Below are positions 62,953 through 64,000 of a stretch of DNA of 64,000 bases, in pieces (the stretch's first letter is position 1; each line of letters opens with the position of its first letter). Under the pieces are notes generated by a model that saw nothing but the letters and a program-made list of their open reading frames with translations, had not been told where the DNA came from and searched no databases. Made by a program: the position numbers and the translations under genes. The DNA is taken from positions 186,001 to 250,000 of IMG/VR virus record IMGVR_UViG_3300021057_000274; one strand, written 5' to 3'.

Positions 62953-64000
62953 AGCCAACCGTACGTCTCGTAGTTGCCCTCGATGCGCTCGGGGACGATT
63001 GCTCCGCCCTTCATGGTAAGGTGGACCACGAGAGCGGTCGGCGGAAAATCGGTAGTCATCTTGGCATGGAGAAACTTGCCCTTCTCGCCCCCGGTGAGAC
63101 CCTTCTTCGTAGCTTCGGCCTCATACTCGTCATACTTGAGAGAAGCCTTCTTTCGCAGCTCCTTATAAGCTGCGGAGGCGCGATCGGCGTTGTACTCGAT
63201 CTTCGGCACTTCCCACGTGCGGTCGTTCTTGCCAGCGACCTTCTTCTTGAGCTCGTCGACGAAGATGCGAGCGTTGCCGATGTTGTAGACCATCTCGCCT
63301 AGACGAATCTTGTCGAGATAACCTTCTGACATGATCAGCTTGAGGAGCTCCTCGGGGCTATCCCCGCCAGGAGCCTTCGAGGACTTGAACTTGTCGAGGC
63401 GGGTCTTGATGTCTTGCGAAAGCTTGTCAGACCACGCTCTCTGGAGAGATTCAAAGTCTTGATACTTGCCTCCACCGACGCTGATCCTGTTACCCTTGAG
63501 GTTAGAGGTCTTCTTGTTCGACATGTCGGCGCCCTTGCGCCCCTCAGCGCGCTCGTCACGCTTTTGAGCGCGCTTTTTGTCAGCCATGACCGTCATGGAG
63601 CGAACATCTGCGTTCTCCTTGCGGGCAACCGTCAAGATCGCCTTGAAGAGCTTGCGGATCATCGCGACCGCGGTGATCGAGCTGACACCGTCTAGGAGGC
63701 GCTTCATCGTGAAGCCCTGATCCTCGTAGTCACGTCCGAGCTGGCCCGTGAGCTCACGGTACTCTTCCTCGGTAAAGACTCCCTTACCCTTCTCGCCCTT
63801 CTTGAAGAGCTCCGGCTCGGCGATCAGAGAGTAGACCTCAGCGTCACGTTGCTTACCGAACCCCCTGCGACCCTCCTTGATGACGGCGAGCACCTGGTCC
63901 TTGTTGTACTTGACAACGAGAGCGACCGCGCTCGGATTTTCCGTCAGGTTACGAAGCATCTCGTTAGGGTTGCCCTCAACGTTGATGACGACCTCTGAGT
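62949..64000 (-). CDS. Hypothetical protein (5' end probably outside the window)
   Basis: Open frame of at least 336 aa; Lys-rich. Confidence 0.7.
   Translation of the reverse strand, partial: SEVVINVEGNPNEMLRNLTENPSAVALVVKYNKDQVLAVIKEGRRGFGKQRDAEVYSLIAEPELFKKGEKGKGVFTEEEYRELTGQLGRDYEDQGFTMKRLLDGVSSITAVAMIRKLFKAILTVARKENADVRSMTVMADKKRAQKRDERAEGRKGADMSNKKTSNLKGNRISVGGGKYQDFESLQRAWSDKLSQDIKTRLDKFKSSKAPGGDSPEELLKLIMSEGYLDKIRLGEMVYNIGNARIFVDELKKKVAGKNDRTWEVPKIEYNADRASAAYKELRKKASLKYDEYEAEATKKGLTGGEKGKFLHAKMTTDFPPTALVVHLTMKGGAIVPERIEGNYETYGWL

Overview
This 64 kb window is part of a large, GC-rich, distantly T4-like myovirus (jumbo-phage-like) genome. No rRNA, tRNA or CRISPR array was seen. The left arm (minus strand, about 1-32.3 kb) carries baseplate genes (gp48/54-, gp53-, gp27-, gp5-like) and two accessory fibre modules, each ending in an Ala-rich protein fused to a gp25-like domain. 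The larger module encodes Ser/Thr-rich RCC1-repeat/LamG giant proteins (974 and 3005 aa), a beta-helical protein, a TPR-glycosyltransferase-sulfotransferase fusion and a SAM methyltransferase. The middle (32.5-42 kb) holds the late sigma factor gp55, gp47/gp46, glutaredoxin, a dual-specificity phosphatase, a resolvase, an AlkB-like oxygenase and other accessory genes. The right part holds gp51/gp26, a tape-measure/hub protein with an M15 peptidase domain, portal, prohead protease, scaffold, major capsid, tail sheath, a PRTase, SprT, an RNA ligase and DHFR. Three GIY-YIG homing endonucleases are present. A TAAATA late-promoter motif recurs before structural genes. Top observations: (1) a candidate fibre glycosylation/modification system; (2) a one-base frame break separating what reads as a single ~3,880-aa fibre; (3) duplicated gp25-domain fusions that may anchor appendages; (4) a shared MKL(T/S)EL N-terminal tag on unrelated enzymes, a candidate capsid-packaging signal; (5) two adjacent ATT-initiated genes; (6) leaderless genes and palindromic bidirectional late promoters; (7) a non-coding element with 25-bp perfect inverted repeats. 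All functional calls come from motif recognition by eye; no database search was run.
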